From: Stegostoma tigrinum
Lineage: Eukaryota
Reading direction: 5' to 3'
Length of the DNA stretch: 64,000 nucleotides
Assembly (NCBI RefSeq): GCF_030684315.1
Contig: NC_081354.1
Span: 31,490,226 to 31,554,225 of the forward strand
Position 1 is the stretch's first letter. Each line of letters opens with the position of its first letter. This document shows positions 1 through 13,429 of this stretch, piece by piece. The translations under genes and the position numbers were made by a program. Below the pieces are notes generated by a model. It made no database searches. It saw only the letters and a list, made by a program, of their open reading frames with translations, and was not told the DNA's origin.

Positions 1-714
1 TTTTCAGTTTCACCATGGACAAAAGTCATTAAACCTCAATTGGTGTTAGGCTACCATATTTTGAGGGTCCCTCACTCAGATGTAAAACATTGACAATCTC
101 AAACTTCTGGGATGTGAAATCCCAGAGCATAAAATGTTTATTGATCAGATACTGCACTTTGTTTGAAAATTATTCTGAGCTTGTAACAGGGGTACATAAT
201 TAAGCCAACCATGTTTGTTGCCTGCCTTTTAAAAAAAAGCTGCAATCAGCTAAGCAGCCAAAGTTACAAGCACTAGTACCTTGATAGTAGGAATACTTTC
301 TCCCCACTGCATTCCAACTTTAAGCTGATCAGAGAATCTGACAATTAATCCATGCGAAACCTTGCAGTTGACTGAAAAGAATCTGTTTTTCAAGACCTTC
401 ACTCTTGCCAACTCATCCAAGCAACTACAGGCCTGCTTATGTATGAAAGACTGAAGAAATTGCATATTGTAATTACACTTGTTTTCTTCATTTACATCTC
501 ATTTTAGTGGCAGTATTGACTGTATAAGTTAAGTGAGTGAAGCATTAAATATTAGGGTTAGTGGCGGATAATAACGTTCTTTATTTTAAAATCCACAAAG
601 AAAGGCTTGATGTTAGAATTATTTAAATTGATAGACGTCACTTTGACAGTAAGAAAACACAACACACCTCATACAAAATGCGATGATCATGGAGGGTAAA
701 AAAACACAAATTCT

Positions 715-920
715 TGATGTTTGGAATTTCCTCCCTCATTGCCCGTCTCTCTAATTGTCTTCCCATTATAATCTGCTCCTTAAAAATAATATTTTGGCAA
801 GCTTTTAGGCATCTGCCTTAATATTATCTAATAATATTAAAGTGCTAAGTCTTGTTTGATGAAGCTCCTGAGACATTTTTCTCTTTTATAGGTGCTGCAT
901 AGATGCAAGTTGGCATTGTT
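715..920 (+). mobile_element. Degraded L2-like LINE 3' end
   Basis: Resembles L2 3' UTR (ggaatttcctccct...ctccttaaaa...gcttttagg...ataggtgctgcatagatgcaagttg); recognised by eye only, ends approximate. Confidence 0.35.
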
Positions 921-2109
921 AGCATTTAAACAGTTCAGAGAAAGTCAAACTTTAAATGTTGTCTTTTTCTTGAGTCTGACCATAGTGAATTGATTGGCAT
1001 AATAAAAGTTAAATATAACTTCCTTGACATTTAATAGCGACAAAAAAAACTTGCCTAACTCGAGCAAAGCAAGTGAGGCACGTGACTGGAAATCATATGT
1101 GATTGCAATTTGCATGTAATTGACATGCCCTTAAATATTTCAAAAAATTTCCAGAGCAGTAGAATTTGCACCAAAAGCCTCAGTGACCAATAATTGTAAC
1201 CACTCTTGTTAGTGAAATAGAACTTTTGGTGTACAAGATGTAATTAAGTGCATAGATTTAAAGCATACATAAAAATGACATTTGGCAAACTGCCATTAGA
1301 CATATTGAAATTTTGGCAGTCTGGCTCGATATTCTTTACACTGCACCAATAGTGCAAAATCCACGTTAAAATGAATTTTATGTGACACCACCACCATTCA
1401 ACTTGGGGCAAACTAAGATTAAAGCTAGCAGCTAAAAACTTAACATTGCTGAGGTAGCATGAGCCATTAGCAATATGCCATCACAGCCTGTAACTTTGTG
1501 GCTGGCATTTGGCTCACTTCTGTATCATCATTAAGTTGATTGATCAATCTTGATTCAGTGCAAAATGTGGTAGGGCTTATAGGGAACAATACCATCTGTA
1601 CTTTGGAGAGAGGCATCATCCATTAGAGGCCACACACAGTCTAATTGGTAAAAACAGAATCAATGGACATACCTAAGTAGCCCCAACAGGTCAGAGAACA
1701 TCTCTTTCTCCAATACATCCAGAAATGTCATTGACATCAGGCAACAACTCATGGAGCAAAGAATCATCATGAACATCCCCATCCAAATCCTTAGCAGAAC
1801 ACAAACATGACTGACAGCGGTTTGCAGCCAAAATTGCAAAATAAACTTTGCGGCCACATTTTTGTTACCAATGTGGATAACTTGAATTGGCTGACAGCTC
1901 CAACTTCCTTAAAGGCTTTAACTTTGTTCCCAAAGATGGAAAAAAAGTGGAATCATTACTTGATTGAACACTTTTTGAAGTTGTAGCAAGCCATTATTTT
2001 CTCAGATCACTTTTCACAATGGCACAATGTTTACGTGTAAAAGAAAAAAAGTCTCAAGTGTGTATTGTTGCTGTAATCAAGGCTTTAAAGTTTTTATGGG
2101 TGCCTTAAC

Positions 2110-2390
2110 CAGAGGCCTGGTTTTCAACCTGAATGCCATCAACAAACAGGAGGATTTAGACGCCTTTATACAAACTCATGCAAAAAAAACTCAGAAATGA
2201 CACAAACCAACTTAATAAAACAGATCATATAAATTCCAAGCAGAGTAGAACAACATCACTTCATTGGAGGCTACACTGATGATGTTACCTAGCATGGTGA
2301 TGAAACATCTGTACAATTACCAATGAGCTCGGCGATCAAGCCAACAACCTTGTCTATGACCCAAGCAACAACTCTTCGCCAGAACTTAAA
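2110..2390 (+). mobile_element. Penelope/Poseidon-like PLE 3' fragment (GIY-YIG C-terminus plus ribozyme-bearing terminus)
   Basis: Frameshifted remnant EAWFS..NAINK..DLD; terminus similar to 51300-51440. Confidence 0.7.
2272..2313 (+). ncRNA. Minimal type I hammerhead ribozyme motif
   Basis: taca-CTGATGA-t-gttacc-tagcat-ggtgat-GAAA-c-ATC-tgta: core boxes, stem II, and stem I taca/tgta. Confidence 0.6.
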
Positions 2391-3089
2391 CTTGTTCCTT
2401 TCACAGAATATGCACATCAAACAGTACAATAGATTCTTTACAACCTAAGGAATTTCTCAAATTGAAAAAAAGCTGAACATGTGAAAGAATAACAGTCAAT
2501 AGTCAAAGTACATAGCAGGTCAATGACCACTTATAAACTACGGATCAAGTTAGGATTTGGGAATACTGTATGCCTTTTCAGGTTTCAGTTCTCCCAACTA
2601 ATAGCATCAAACTGGAAAATGATCTCTGATTAAACTAAATTTTAGTAAGAGTTTGTAGCCACAAATTAGAAAACCTCTGGTTCCATTTTGTGGCCTGTTA
2701 ATTTTCTATTTGGATCAAATTAAACAGTGTATTTACAACATAGTTGTCAGTTGCATCCTTATTTTTTTCCTTTCCACCCTTATTAATCTTTTAATGTTAA
2801 TTTTGCTTGCTTTAAACTTTCTATAAAATGTGCATTATCACATAATTATAAATATGAAAATTTGCCATTCCTCAACATATTTCTCTAATTTGTCCACAGC
2901 CCTTAAAAATCCTTCATCAAGATATACTGTACATAACTTTGTTTGACAATATATCTAAGAAATCTGCCAACAGTGGTGAGAATGCTATTGATTAGTTGCA
3001 GCTTGATTCACTCTGGTTCACGTCTATACATCAAAACAAGAAAAAATAATAATTTTGAGAAATAAAATATAATTGATTAAAAATTGATA

Positions 3090-4207
3090 GTTCATTGGAG
3101 TTATGCAAAATGTGAGCTTAGCTTTGCTTCTAAATCTTTGTTCAAATTTAGTATCCCTATCTTCAATGATGGAGGATCCCAGAATATTTGTACAGGAGAT
3201 AAGGCTGCAACAATCTTCAGCCAGAAATCCCAAGTGGATAAGTCATCTTCACCTTCACCTGAGACACCCAGCAACATAAATGTTAGACTTTAGCCATTGC
3301 AATTCACTCTAAGCAACATCAAGAAATGGCTGGAGGTATGGGATACTGAAAAGTCTATGCATCCTGATAACATTCATAACAGGAAGACTTGTGTTCCAGA
3401 ATTTGCAGCACCCTAGCCAAGCTCTTCCAGTGCAGCAATGGCATCTTCAATATGGAAAAATGTCTGGGTATATCCTGAATAGAAAAAAGGATAAAATCAA
3501 CTTGGACAATTACTGCCCCAGTCTACTCTTGAGTATCAATAAAATGATGGAAGCTGTTATCAACAGTGCTATGAAGCAGGGCTTGCTTAATAATAACCTG
3601 CCCACTGAGGCTCGTTTTTGCTTCTACCAAGGATACTCTGTGTCTTCTCCATCTAATTGAAACATGGACAAAAGAGCTGAATTTTATAGGTGAGCCCTTG
3701 ACATTAGTTTGCTTTTGACTGAGTGTGGCATCCAGGAGCCCTACCAATATTGAAAGCAACAGGAATTGGGACAAATTCTCTGCCTGTTCGACATTTGGCT
3801 AAACAAAAGTTAGAGATCAGTCCTCTCATCTCCAGGAGATCTCTGCAGAAGTTCCTCTGAGTTGTGTCCTAGCCCCAAGTATCTTCAACTGCTTCATCAA
3901 TGTTTTTCTCTCTATCATAAGCTCAGAGGTGGGAATGTTTGCTGATGATTGCATAATGTTCAGCAACATTCCTCTGATTTTGAAGCAGAACATGTCCAAA
4001 TGCAGGTAGACCTGGACAATATTCAGGGTTAGGACCGAGAAATGGCAAGTAATATTCACACGATACAAGTGTCAACTAATAGCCATCATGATGAAAGAGA
4101 ATCTAATCATGGCCCCATGATCTTAAATTGTAAAAACCGTTACTGATTCCCTCACTCTCAATGTCCTGAATATTACCATTGCCCAGAAACAATACTGGAC
4201 TAGGCCT
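3090..4207 (+). mobile_element. Degraded CR1-group (L2/Crack-like) LINE, RT region
   Basis: Frameshifted motifs IPIFNDG, LAKLFQ, NYCPSLLLSINKMMEAVIN, FADD (tttgctgatgat near 3938); same family as 16.5-18.8 kb and 63.1-64 kb. Confidence 0.8.
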
Positions 4208-5007
4208 TGTGGCAATAATATGGTTTTTAAAAATGTATTCATCCTTTTTTTAAAATGAATGAGAGGTTGAGACTGGTGTCAAATGGTCTGTTCCAAGCCA
4301 ATAAAGTAAAGAGCTTGAGGCCTTGTTTTTTTTTAATTTAAATTGGAACGATAGAAGCACATGAAGGTGCATGGTCAAACTCCCACAGAATTAGGATTTT
4401 AGTTTTACTTTTAGTAGCTGTTGGGTTTGGAAACTTCAATACACCTCTCCCTGCTACAGCAAAATTCTTGATCTCTCTCTCTCTCTGAGTTTTCTGTTGA
4501 TGTTCTTTCCTCCTGAACTGGACAACTGCATGTGAGACAGAGATAGTAGGAACTGCCGATGCTGGAGAATCTAAGATAACATGGTGTGAAGCTGGATGAA
4601 CACAGCAGGCCAAGCAGCATCAGAGGAGCAGGAAAGTTTGACTTTGAGTCAACACCCTTCTTCAGAGAAAACATGTGAGACAATCTTTTTTTCCTTTGCT
4701 ACTTGCCTTTGCCAAGGATGAATTTATGGATTGTTACTATATTGGAACAGTTGCTGTTTTAGTGGTTAAATAACCCATTATTCTGTGAGGTTGTCCAGGA
4801 GAGTTAAGTTATTCCAATTCTTCTTTCTTTCATTTGTATTTTAACTATAGTGTGAGACTAAAGTGTGTTTCGCTTCAAGCCTGGTAGTTTGACCAATCAA
4901 AATGCATTCAAAATGCAATGCCTTACACTTGCCTCTAAAAGGTAGAAAATTTTGGTGTCTAGGCTACCTTCCTAATGTTTTGAGGGGATTTGGTCTGGGT
5001 TACAACA
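4208..5007. mobile_element. Solo LTR (probably Gypsy)
   Basis: TGT...ACA termini flanked by 4-bp TSD GCCT (4204-4207 and 5008-5011). Confidence 0.7.
4540..4671 (-). mobile_element. Neptune-like PLE terminal fragment with decayed hammerhead, nested in the solo LTR
   Basis: Similar to 8180-8307 and 53890-54020; 11-bp TSD CATGTGAGACA (4529-4539, 4672-4682). Confidence 0.8.
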
Positions 5008-5446
5008 GCCTGAGGTGCTAAATCTACCAAATTGAGCCCAATTAGATAGTAAATGGCCTCTTAAGAGTTGCTTCCAGTCCAGCCTCAATTTTAAGGATAG
5101 TAGGAGAAGTTTAGAAGAGAAAGAGTAGATGCCTAGTACGTACTTGCACCTTGGGCAAAAATATATGGCACAGCTTCCTCACCAGTTCCTGACTAACACA
5201 CACCCTCAAATATCTTCTTGCCCTTGCTGCTCCCTGACCCTTAATTACCTTAAGACACCCCATTGTCCCTTGTAGCTTCCTATTCTGTTCCTGCTAAGAC
5301 ATCTTACATCTGAATCCAGTCTTCAGCATATTGATTTCAGTCATTTGCCCTGTGTAAGAGTCAGTGTAGTGTATTTGGTCATTCCACTACGTGCATGCAG
5401 TGTATAACAAAATTAAACTATCTGCATAGATCTGTAATATTGTAGC

Positions 5447-5680
5447 TGAAATAACTCCACAAAGGCTGGTATCCCATCATCAAGGAACCCTTAATTTACA
5501 TGTACATGGTACATGATACTGATGCAGCTGGCTCAGTGCCAGCACTTAGAGTGAGTATAACCCCTGCCACTCCTGTATATATCTGCCAACCAGGGCTCTG
5601 ATTTGACCAGGTTAACAGACCCAGTCAGGGAACTCATATTCTATGATAGCCACGTGGTCGACCTTATTACAATCACTACA
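5447..5680 (-). mobile_element. Short solo LTR
   Basis: TG...CA ends with 5-bp TSD GTAGC (5442-5446, 5681-5685); strand inferred. Confidence 0.6.
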
Positions 5681-6509
5681 GTAGCCACATAAATAGTTAG
5701 TGTTGTTAATAAATGTCAAGACATCTGCCTCAACAAGAACCTGACTCTTTGTGTTGTGGGCTAATATATAAAGCCTCAAACCACATTACTACATTCCCTC
5801 CCTACCAAAAAATAACAACTTATATATTAAGACATGGAATAGTGCATGTCAATAATTTTCCAAGAATAAAAAAAAACCCTGAAAATTAAATAGGTTGGGT
5901 GCTACTTCTTTTTACTCTAATCATGTCGCACATACACATGATCAAACTGAGCAAAGTAATTTACATTTTTTTAAAATTCGATTGCAGTTGATTTTTAACA
6001 AAAGTCTCACTTGATAGTAAGTGTTGAAAAGAATCACTTATTTTGTTTACTCCCTAAATGCCTTCAATTAAACCTGCCTGGCTGCTTTCTCCTTCTGTCC
6101 GGAAATCTTTTTTCAATTTGCATTTCTAATAACTTGACCCTATTCTCTCAAATTTTCTGACAAGGTCAAGTCTGAGATTTGACTACAAACTCCTCTTAAT
6201 GGAGTGTATTGTGACATTAATTCGTCTTAATTAAAGAACTGTTTAACTTTGCTGTTCCTGTGAATTCCATAATTCTGGAAAAACTTGCATTTTGTTTTTG
6301 ACTTTCGCTGTGTTGTTCAGGAGAATTTGGTTTGTGGGCTTTCTTCCTTGATCATTCTTTGTCAGATTTTCTCTTTCACTGACAGAGCACTGTTCCAATC
6401 TTCATCACAAATGTGAAGGGAGCTCAGTAATTTTTCACTTTGACTTTCTGACCAGACCTAAATCCTTTAAGTTTCATGCCTTGTGTTTTATGATTCATCC
6501 TCACTTTAG

Positions 6510-7125
6510 TTACTCTTCATTGGTCAGAGCATTAAGTATTGGGGTCAGGACCTTTAGGCGCAGCTCTACAAGATGTTGGTGAAAACACATTTGCAGCACT
6601 GCATGCAGTACATTTGCCCTACTTTAGAAACAATATTATTAAACTAGAAAGGGTGCAGAAAAGTTTTCTTGTATGCTACCTGGACTGAAAGGTTTCAGTT
6701 ATGGGGGGAGTTTGGATAGATTGGGACTTTTTTCCTGTAGAGCATAGGAGACTGAGGGGTGAACTTATAGATGGATATAAAATCATGAGAGGATAAGTGT
6801 GGTAGATAGCCAACAGTTTTTCCCATGGTAGGGGAGTCTAAGACTAGAGGATATAGGTTCAACGTGAGAGGGGAGAGATACAAAAGGTCCAGAGGGGCAA
6901 TTGTTTTCCATACACAGGGAATGGGCTGCCAGAGGTATTGGTGCAAGTATAATTTTGTATTTTAAGAAACAATTAGACAGGTATGTGGATGGGAATGCTT
7001 TGAAGGGTTATGGGCCAAATTCAGGCAAATGGGACTAATTTAATTGTGAATTCTGGACAGCATGGGCATGTTGGGCTGAAGATCCTGTTTCCTTGCTTCG
7101 AGTTTTATGATTCCGACTCTATTCT
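6510..7125 (+). mobile_element. CR1 LINE 3' fragment, degraded
   Basis: Colinear with the CR1 RT C-terminus and 3' UTR at 58990-59620 (QLYKMLV..HL, LERVQ, GLFS..RRLRG). Confidence 0.85.
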
Positions 7126-7617
7126 CTTACTTTGCGATTGATGTCAATATTAAGCAAAAAAAAACTTACCCTAAGACAAGCTGTAAAAACTAACCTACAG
7201 AGGTGAGTAGCCTATTATATAATAGGGTGATCTTTGGTACTGACCTATCAGTCTGTAAGACGGGTGAACATAGACGTTGCTGCCTAGCTGGTTACTGAGC
7301 TAATACTTCTGCACAGCCATTTTCACAATCTGTCATCTTCATTCTGCAACACCATTTGGTGCTGCTTTACATAATGGTATTAGAATGTGAATGACCATGT
7401 TCTCACTCAAATATTTCAGACTCTTCTGATATAAACTGTAGACCATTATTTGTCACTAATACCCTTGGTAACCCATAAATTTTAACTCAGTTTCAAAAAA
7501 CCTCAATTTTGCCTCCATGATATTGGTCATAGATTCAACAATTATGCATTCGCTGTCTCTATTGACCAAAACAAAATACTCTTTCCTTCTACTTCAAAGC
7601 ATGCAGCCCAAGGGTAT

Positions 7618-8307
7618 AGACGACATGTCCATCATGGGCCTCCTGCAGCACTACAACGATGCTACCTGAAGGTTGTAGGAAAAGCAACTCATATTCCGCT
7701 TGGGAACCCTGCAGCCCAATGGTATCAATGTGTACTTCACAATCTTCAAAATCTCCCTTCCCCCATTGCATCCCAAAACCAGCCCAGCTCTCTCTGATGA
7801 AGGGTCTAGGCCCAAAACGTCAGCTTTTGTGCTCCTGAGATGCTGCTGGGCCTGCTGTGTTCATCCAGCCTCACATTTTATTATCCAGTTCATCCCCGCC
7901 TCCATAACCTGTCCTTCCTCCCACCAATCCCCTCCTCCCACCTCAAGCCCTACCCCCATCTCCTACGTACTAACCTCATCCTGCTCCCTTGATCTGTCTG
8001 TCCTCACTGGACTGACCTATCTCCTCCCTACATCCCCACCTACACTCACCTTTACTGGCTCCATCCCTGCCTCTTTGAGTGGTCTGTCTCCACTCCACCT
8101 ATCTTCTCTTCTAACCATCTTCTACCCGCCTCCCCATCGCTCCCTATTGATTTCAGATCCCCCTCCCTTTCCCCCGTTTCTGAAGAAGGCCCTAGGTCCA
8201 AAACGTCAGCTTTCCTGTTCCTCTGATGCTGCTTTGCCTGCTGTATACATCCAGCTCTACACCTTGTTATCTCAGATTTCCAGCATTAGCAGTTCCTACT
8301 ATCTCTG
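7618..8307 (+). mobile_element. Neptune-like PLE 3' part (GIY-YIG C-terminus, C/T-rich UTR, hammerhead-bearing terminus)
   Basis: DDMSIMGLLQ...QLIFRLGTLQPNGINV, similar to 22194-22810; CTGAAGA core at 8180, GAAA decayed to AAAA. Confidence 0.85.
7791..7884 (+). mobile_element. 94-bp terminal fragment of the younger PLE subfamily nested in the older PLE
   Basis: Nearly identical to 22681-22774; flanked by ccagctc (7784-7790) and ccagttc (7885-7891). Confidence 0.7.
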
Positions 8308-8569
8308 CACACGTCCTCATGGTTTGCTTGTGTTTAACTATGGGATGAAAAGAAACTTGCTTGGATTATTTTTCGTTTTGAGACATACTTCATAACTTTC
8401 ACATACTGTTGAATATTTCTATCTCTGTCTGGTTAACAAAAATAGCTTCTTGTTACTGCTTTCTTATTGATTATCCGTATGTGCACTTGATGAAGTTCAT
8501 TTAACAATTTCCCCCCATAAAGTGGTGCAAGATGGTTATTAAACAGCAAAAGATCTGTATTTCATACTT

Positions 8570-8668
8570 TTGAAGAAGGGACACTGGACTTGAAACATTG
8601 GCTGCTTTTCTCTCTCCACAAATGCTGCCAGATCTGCTGAGTTTCTCCAGCAATTTCTGTTTTACTTT
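8570..8668 (+). mobile_element. Old PLE terminal fragment, different subfamily, decayed hammerhead
   Basis: tTGAAGA-agggacactggactt-GAAAC-att followed by atgctgcc..ctgctg..tccagc motif shared with the other PLE termini. Confidence 0.55.
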
Positions 8669-9389
8669 TAATTTATACTCAACTCATTGCAACATCCCTT
8701 TATTTTCACATCAATCATTCATTACATTGAGCACTCAACTAATCACTACATCCTTATGAGTTTCTTCACTAATTTCTCTGACAATTGCATGCCATTTGTT
8801 ACTGCATAGTAATTCACAATTCAGTGGTGAGAAATATACCTGGAAAATATGAAAAAAACATAGAAAGTATAGACAATATCAAAAGTTTGCATGAATTGTT
8901 CTATTGGTATCACAATGATACCTTATTCTACCATTTGATCTTCCTTGCTGAAATATCAATTCATGTTCTTAGTATTTCCTTTTTGTTAGATTTTGCAGAT
9001 CCCTGTTTCAAATATCTCAGCTCAGTTTACTGTCCAAGACTCATTCATTCTCATCAGGAAATTTTTGTTCCTACCATCAATGATGGCAAGTAATGAGATC
9101 TATTTTATTCCACCCTTTAACTTTGTTGTCATCCTTCTGTAGTCAATCCTCTGAGCAAGAGGAACACATGCCCAGACACAGGTCCTTATTATGAACTAAC
9201 TTACATCTGAACAAATAGAGAGAGCAGCAGAGAGGACAGAATAACAAAAATGCTCATTCCTTGCCATATATTACAATATCTGAGGTGACATTAGCCTAAT
9301 TCAAGAAGTATTCTGGCTAATTAATGCTCCATGGATTGCTAAATGAGGCAACAACGGTAGTGGCACATTAAATTCTATCCAGTTTGCAT

Positions 9390-9575
9390 GTCATGATCTA
9401 GAATGTTCTGCCTGCTAATGTAGTGGAAACAGATTCAATAATAGCTTTTGAAAGCAATTCAAAGAATACCTGGAAAATGCTGTAGGGTTATGGAAAAAGA
9501 CATGGAATAAGACTAATTTGAAAAGCTATTTCGAAAACCTGGCAGAGGTATAATGGCCAAATGACTTCCATCGCC
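9390..9575 (+). mobile_element. Highly degraded CR1 3' end
   Basis: gaatgttctgcct..gtagtggaaacagattcaata..gggttatgg..atggccaaatgacttcc resembles CR1 3' end. Confidence 0.45.
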
Positions 9576-12500
9576 TCATAATTGGCTTTCCCTGACCCCA
9601 GGAGCCATTAACCGAAGTGCAATGAATTTTGTCTAAATTTTACTTTTTATTATTATTACGTATGACTTCGATATTTTTCATGTAAAAGGACATGTGACAA
9701 TACATTTCTATTCTCTGAACTGGGTCTTTCTTATTGTTGGAATTTTATCACATCTTTTGACTGTTCATAATGGTGATACTTCAAATTTAGTTATTGCAAT
9801 ATTTGAATCTAATATTTGCCTTAATTCCTGCAAAATACATTCAATAGCAGCCATGACTTACTTCATGGCACTGTTGAGGGCGAGAGCTACCAATCTATGA
9901 CATGGAATTTTGGTGGCCTCCGCACTGCCCACTGTGAAAGGTGAGCCTTCCTTAAACTCTTCAGCTGGCAGAATCACTGCCACCCCAACAAAATTCTGCC
10001 CATCATTCCTAAAATAATCTGTTAAAAAAAACACTTTTGCAGTGCCAGGAAGTCTTGGTCTTAATCATTGAAAATTCTTACAACTCATATAGTCAAGGAA
10101 AGAACCATAAGCATGAGTTGTGTCAGCAGATTTTTGCCTCAAGAGATTGTTTCATGATAATTTTTAATTGGGAAACAAATGACTAGAAATTGCATTGAGT
10201 TGAACAAAATACGTGGCAGTGGTTTATTGAGGAAGCAACATAAAGCAGTTAAAATGATTCACGTCATCTGTTCCTCATACCAAGGTTTCCACAGACATGT
10301 TCATGAGGCAGAAAAATGCAGAATAGTTCCACATTTGGTCTTAGTCGATCAAAGATGTATCATTTCACTATTCCTGCTTATTGTGGCCGTCAAGGAGATG
10401 AAGAAAATGTTGTGGATGGACAAGGACTGCATATTCAATAGATTATGTGAGCCAGTTACCTAATTTAGATTTGAAATGTGATGTTGCCTTCCTGACAGAA
10501 AGTCTGGGTATAATGCAAAATCTAATTGGTTTTGGCAGGAAACTGCAGCTTGTCTGAAGATTAGCGTAGCTAAATGTAAATTGAGAAGAGATTACCATGC
10601 TGGTTGATTCTGATGTACAAAGACATATCTTATTGAAAGGCAGAAAAGACAGACAGCTCCATGACACCATGACCTTGAGTACTGTACTAGGAATCTCTAA
10701 AAGAAGCTGTCAAGCAGGAAGAACTCATGTAGTTTGTAGATGACACACAAAGGTTTAGTTCCATTCCAAAATGGATGTCCCGACTGTTTCAGAAAGGAAT
10801 GAGAAGGAAACTGAGATTACACAGGTAGTTCAAACTACTCAAGTCAAGCACTTCTCTGAACTTAGCACCAAGATAAAGCACTGCTCTCATGACTGATATT
10901 CTATAGTTATTCATTTGAATGCATTGGGCTGTTTGAAATTTTAATTACTGCTCATCTGTAACATTGTATGGTACAATTCATTATTGGAAAATATCCAAAA
11001 TAAAATTATAACTTGAGTGTAAGACCAACACATAAGACAGATATTTGCAAATCAACTATGCACTTGATGATTTGTTCGTGTGAGATACATCCTTGTATTC
11101 AAGTGAAACTGGAATAAATCTGGAAGAAAAAGTGAAATGGATTCCCTGATCATATTAATGCAAAGAAGTTAAATTTTAGCTAGCATCTCTATGTATGAGG
11201 ATCAAAATGATAAAACAAATGTTAATTCAACCTAACAGGTTATGTTATGCTTCAGCCTCTTGTTCTGTAGCAAGACAAAATTAGAGAACTCGGTGCATTC
11301 AGGAAGAAGCAAAGTTCTTTACAAAAACATTTTCTATGTGTGAGGAAGAAAAATAATGGAACTCCAGTCTCTTTTGGGAATCAGAATAGACGCAAACTAA
11401 AAGGGAGTGAATCCTAAAAGCACCATGAATATCTCAAATGATCTAAAAAGCTGAGTTTATTCTAGAGGACCAGACCATGAAATGGGTGATGTTGGTTATT
11501 TGGTTATAAAGGAATTCTGTGAAGCTACACCACCAGGACTGACCTGAATTAGGGAAGGTTTGTGTTCAAGCAGCTTTCAGTGTTTGCTATATCTGGAGAA
11601 AGCCAATAGAAAACAGCTGCCTATTGAGGAGATTTAAGAAAAAATTGAGAGATCCTAATACAAACGGCCATGTTGAAATAACTGTGAGACATCATGAGCG
11701 ACCACATTTACACAGGATGTGATGCAAAGGTTTGCATTTTATAAGCTGGATCTTTATCTTATTAACTATTTAGAGTGAAATACATCTTTTCCAATGAAAT
11801 ATAAGCCCTAATAATGCACATTTCTGACACTTGGACTACCACAGCTGAATTTTTAAAAATGTAACTCTTCTCCTTGAATTTCTTTCATTGAAGTTGTTTG
11901 AAAATCTCTTTTTATTAGATTACCTGTGTCTCTGGGGATTGTAACAACTTTCAGAATGGAAACTAGATACCTAGAATTCAGAAGAAATGTCAGAAATGTG
12001 GCTACATTTCAAAAAAGTCAACAGTAGGACAAAAAATTCCATTATTACTTGAGTAGTATTAGCCTTACCACTCATCTGTACCAGGAGGCAATATTTTGGA
12101 TTAATATCCAAACTCAGAACTGTATCTCCAAAAAGCACTCTGCGCTATTAAAACTCAAAGGTGTCAAACCATGGTATGAGTTAAATTTACAACCAAGTGC
12201 ACAGATTGGTGATCAGAGTTGAGAGAACTACATGATGTCAATAGCCATCCTCGATATTCATCGCTTTTCATTCTTAATGTGATTTAAATGGGACATTTCT
12301 TGTGAGAGATTTCAATTCTAACCAGATAAAATTTCATGACGTGGCATTTTAAACATCTTATCAGCTATTATTTCAGCAATTTGCTGTCACCTTTTAATAT
12401 CAGCATTACATTTAAATATCTGCTATATTTTGGAGCTTTTGATCATTTTCATGTAAAGTATACAGGTGAATGATAATTAAATGATGTGTTTCTGGTCTGA

Positions 12501-12758
12501 ATAACTAATTTGTTTTTTTCCTGAGAAGTAGAGTATACTTGTTCAGGATGCTTTCCAGTGCAATGCAGGGAGAACATTGGAGGACAAACCACACCCAGTT
12601 TTATGGCATTAACTGTTGTAGTCAGAGCTTTAGCATTTCATTGACAAGGAAAGATGGTAACTATTTAAGGTGAATGGATGAGGAGTACAGTGGCATGAAA
12701 TGGGTGAGGGTACAAGTATGCCGGTAAGACAAAATATTTCAGATGAATATGAATTACC

Positions 12759-12830
12759 CCACACAGATAGTCACCTGAGGGTGGAATCAAACCCCGGACC
12801 CAAGTGCTGTGAGGCACTGAGCCACCATGT
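12759..12830 (-). mobile_element. tRNA-derived SINE head (HE1/V-SINE-like)
   Basis: Reverse complement gives ggtggctcagtg (A box) and ggtttgattcc (B box); similar to 48960-49045 and 62770-62856. Confidence 0.6.
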
Positions 12831-13429
12831 ATACTTAAATGGGTAGACCAGAATGACTAGAAAGTTCATTTCCCAATAATTTCCTTCTTAATTAGATTTT
12901 ACAAATCAAGCTAAATTCTTCTTTAAGCCCAGGAGAAACATATTTGGAAGTCAAAGTTAGTCATGGCATAATTAACACGTAAAGGCAGAGAAATAGCGGA
13001 ACTACTCTTTATCTGACAGAATCAAATAACTGTACTTCTCAGTAGATTGACGTACTGGAGATTAAAGCTGATCGTTCAAGTGTTTAATTGTTAGGGAAGA
13101 AAGTAATACAGAATTAAGAGAAATATTTCCTAAATTTTCATGTAAGGATAAGCTGAAAAATCAGTACCATATTATGATGCAAGCAAATGTAATGCCAGTT
13201 AGCTGCTAAGGGATAAAGTGATGGCAGAAATTGAAAGAATAGAGCAACAGGGTGTGGTTTGAAGATCACTGAAACTACTAAATGGTGCTTAGACATGGTT
13301 ATTGTTCTTAAACCGAATACAACATTAGAATCTACATAGACCAAACACAAATTAACAAGACTGTACAAAGGCAAATCCATCCAATCTCATTGTCGATGGT
13401 AGCTCTGTAAAATTAGCAAAGAGAACACT

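Noticed and set aside
1075-1125. E-box (cacgtg) and octamer (atttgcat) cluster
   Set aside because: Short motifs occur by chance in 64 kb; no conservation data
7700-8395. 231-aa Pro/Ser-rich ORF
   Set aside because: Read-through of a C/T-rich PLE UTR plus a nested insertion; low complexity
11243-11946. Possible solo LTR ending ctggggattgtaaca
   Set aside because: No matching TSD or clear 5' end found
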